A stretch of 64,000 nt of DNA, taken from Mustelus asterias. Its lineage: Eukaryota. The position numbers were made by a program, and so were the translations under genes. This document shows, in pieces, positions 62,557 through 64,000 of the stretch (position 1 is its first letter; each line of letters starts with the position of its first letter). Location of the stretch: contig NW_027590197.1 in the NCBI RefSeq assembly GCF_964213995.1, forward strand, positions 620,001 through 684,000, in the 5' to 3' direction. The notes beneath the pieces were generated by a model that saw only the letters and a list, made by a program, of their open reading frames with translations, did not search any database and was not told the DNA's origin.

Positions 62557-64000
62557 ATACAATGTTTGTTCAAATAATAAGAGTCACGTTGCAGTATGTT
62601 AGCGAACACAGCATTAGATCCAATGTAATGGTAATACAGTCAGTATCTAGTGCACCAGAACCAAAGTTTAGGTTTCATTTGATAGTGTGAGTGAGTCATG
62701 GTCTATTGATATAATGTATTTAGATTCCGGTGTGTGTTACTCTGCCACTGTCAGTATCAGACAATAACCTGTCTGTTATTCCAATTCTGCTGTATTTTAC
62801 ATTCTGCTGTATTTCTGCTGTACTTTAACCTGGTGTTGTTAAAACTCTTACTGTATTTTACAACTGCAGCTCCTGGGGCTGATTGGAGTCTGGTATAATC
62901 ATCACAAAGGTTGGTTTCAGTGTCTCTGAGGTCATTTTAACTGCAGGTAATCTGACAAGGGAGACAAGAGGCCCAACAAACATTCGATTACAATAGGAGG
63001 ACAAGGTGTAAGGGAGCAATGATATTTTAGGGTGTCTGTGTTGTGGTGAGTGTCACTGGGAGGTGAGTGATAAAATAGAAGTGGAAACATCACGACAGAT
63101 ACATGTGACTGACTCGGCCTGACTGAGAGCTGTTATAGTCGAGGCGAGAATAATGAGGACATGGCGAACTCCAGGATTTCTGATATCTGAGGTGTATCTG
63201 TTGGAGGAACTGAAAATAATCAGTTCCTCCTCATGGTTATCTCCAGTTCGCAAGTTACACAGACACACAGGAAAGAGATCTGACAGATCATCAAACCCAA
63301 TATTTTAATCTTCTGTTTGAGACACATTATGACCGAAAAGATCAAACATTAAAACCTTAGGAGAGAAACATTCAGAATGTCACAAAGATGAATGAACTGT
63401 CCAATTAATCCCATTCACCAGAACTCTGCCAATTTACCTTCTGCAAGTATTTATCCAATTCCCTTTGAAAGTTACTATTAAACCTGCTTCTAGCACCTGT
63501 CAGTTTGCGCATTCCAGATCATATGAAGTTATTGTGTAAAAAAATCTCCTTATCACCCCCTCCAGTTCTGTTGTCAGTTATGTTAAACCTCTGTATCATC
63601 TGCTTACAGACCCTCCTGCACCTGGGAAATAGATTCTCTCCATCGACAGACTTCCTGCTCCTGGGAGATAATTACTCTCCATTGACACTATAATAAATCA
63701 TTTGTCTTTTTAAACATCTCTATTAAATCGCCCCATCACATTCCCTAATCTCAGATGGATAACCCATGTTTTTCCTGCCCTGAAGAATTATATGGACTCA
63801 AAATGTTAACTGTTTCTCTCTGAACAGATGCCGCCGGACCTGCCGGGTTTTTCTGCTTTTCTCCCTGTTTTTCCTTCTATAATCAATCAGAAACTCTTCA
63901 TGATTTTGAACATCTTGATCAAATAGGAACACACAGAGCCTGAGAGAGGTACAGAGGGAGAGACAGAAAGACTGAGAGAAAAATTTAGAAAGATTTTAAA

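Noticed and set aside
62645-62680. FGSG motif suggesting an antigen-receptor J segment
   Set aside because: No recombination signal sequence or adjacent donor; surrounded by stops.

Overview
Vertebrate genomic DNA, almost certainly from a cartilaginous fish (shark/ray), judged from HE1-type tRNA/V-SINEs, CR1 LINEs with an esterase ORF1 and hammerhead-bearing Penelope remnants. The window is a duplicated cluster of C2H2 zinc-finger genes with no recognisable effector domain. Three ORFs are intact (36440-37282 +, 47374-48129 -, 59540-60379 -), one is fused in frame to a CR1 ORF2 fragment (24905-26161 -), and at least four are pseudogenes. The gene units share a CCAAT/GC-box/NRF1 promoter, a short exon 1, a ~100-nt exon 2 and a large finger exon. 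Roughly half of the window is retroelement (CR1, Tx1-clade, Penelope-like, SINEs). Best candidate for an undescribed system: a Tx1-clade non-LTR retrotransposon whose four copies all have a junction at or beside the exon-1 splice donor of the ZNF promoter module, in sense orientation, suggesting ZNF-gene-specific targeting. The element also carries its own 5' splice donor, a 21-bp stem around its ORF1 start codon and an expanded 28-bp 5'UTR array. All assignments were made by eye and from the ORF track; no database searches were run and boundaries are approximate.
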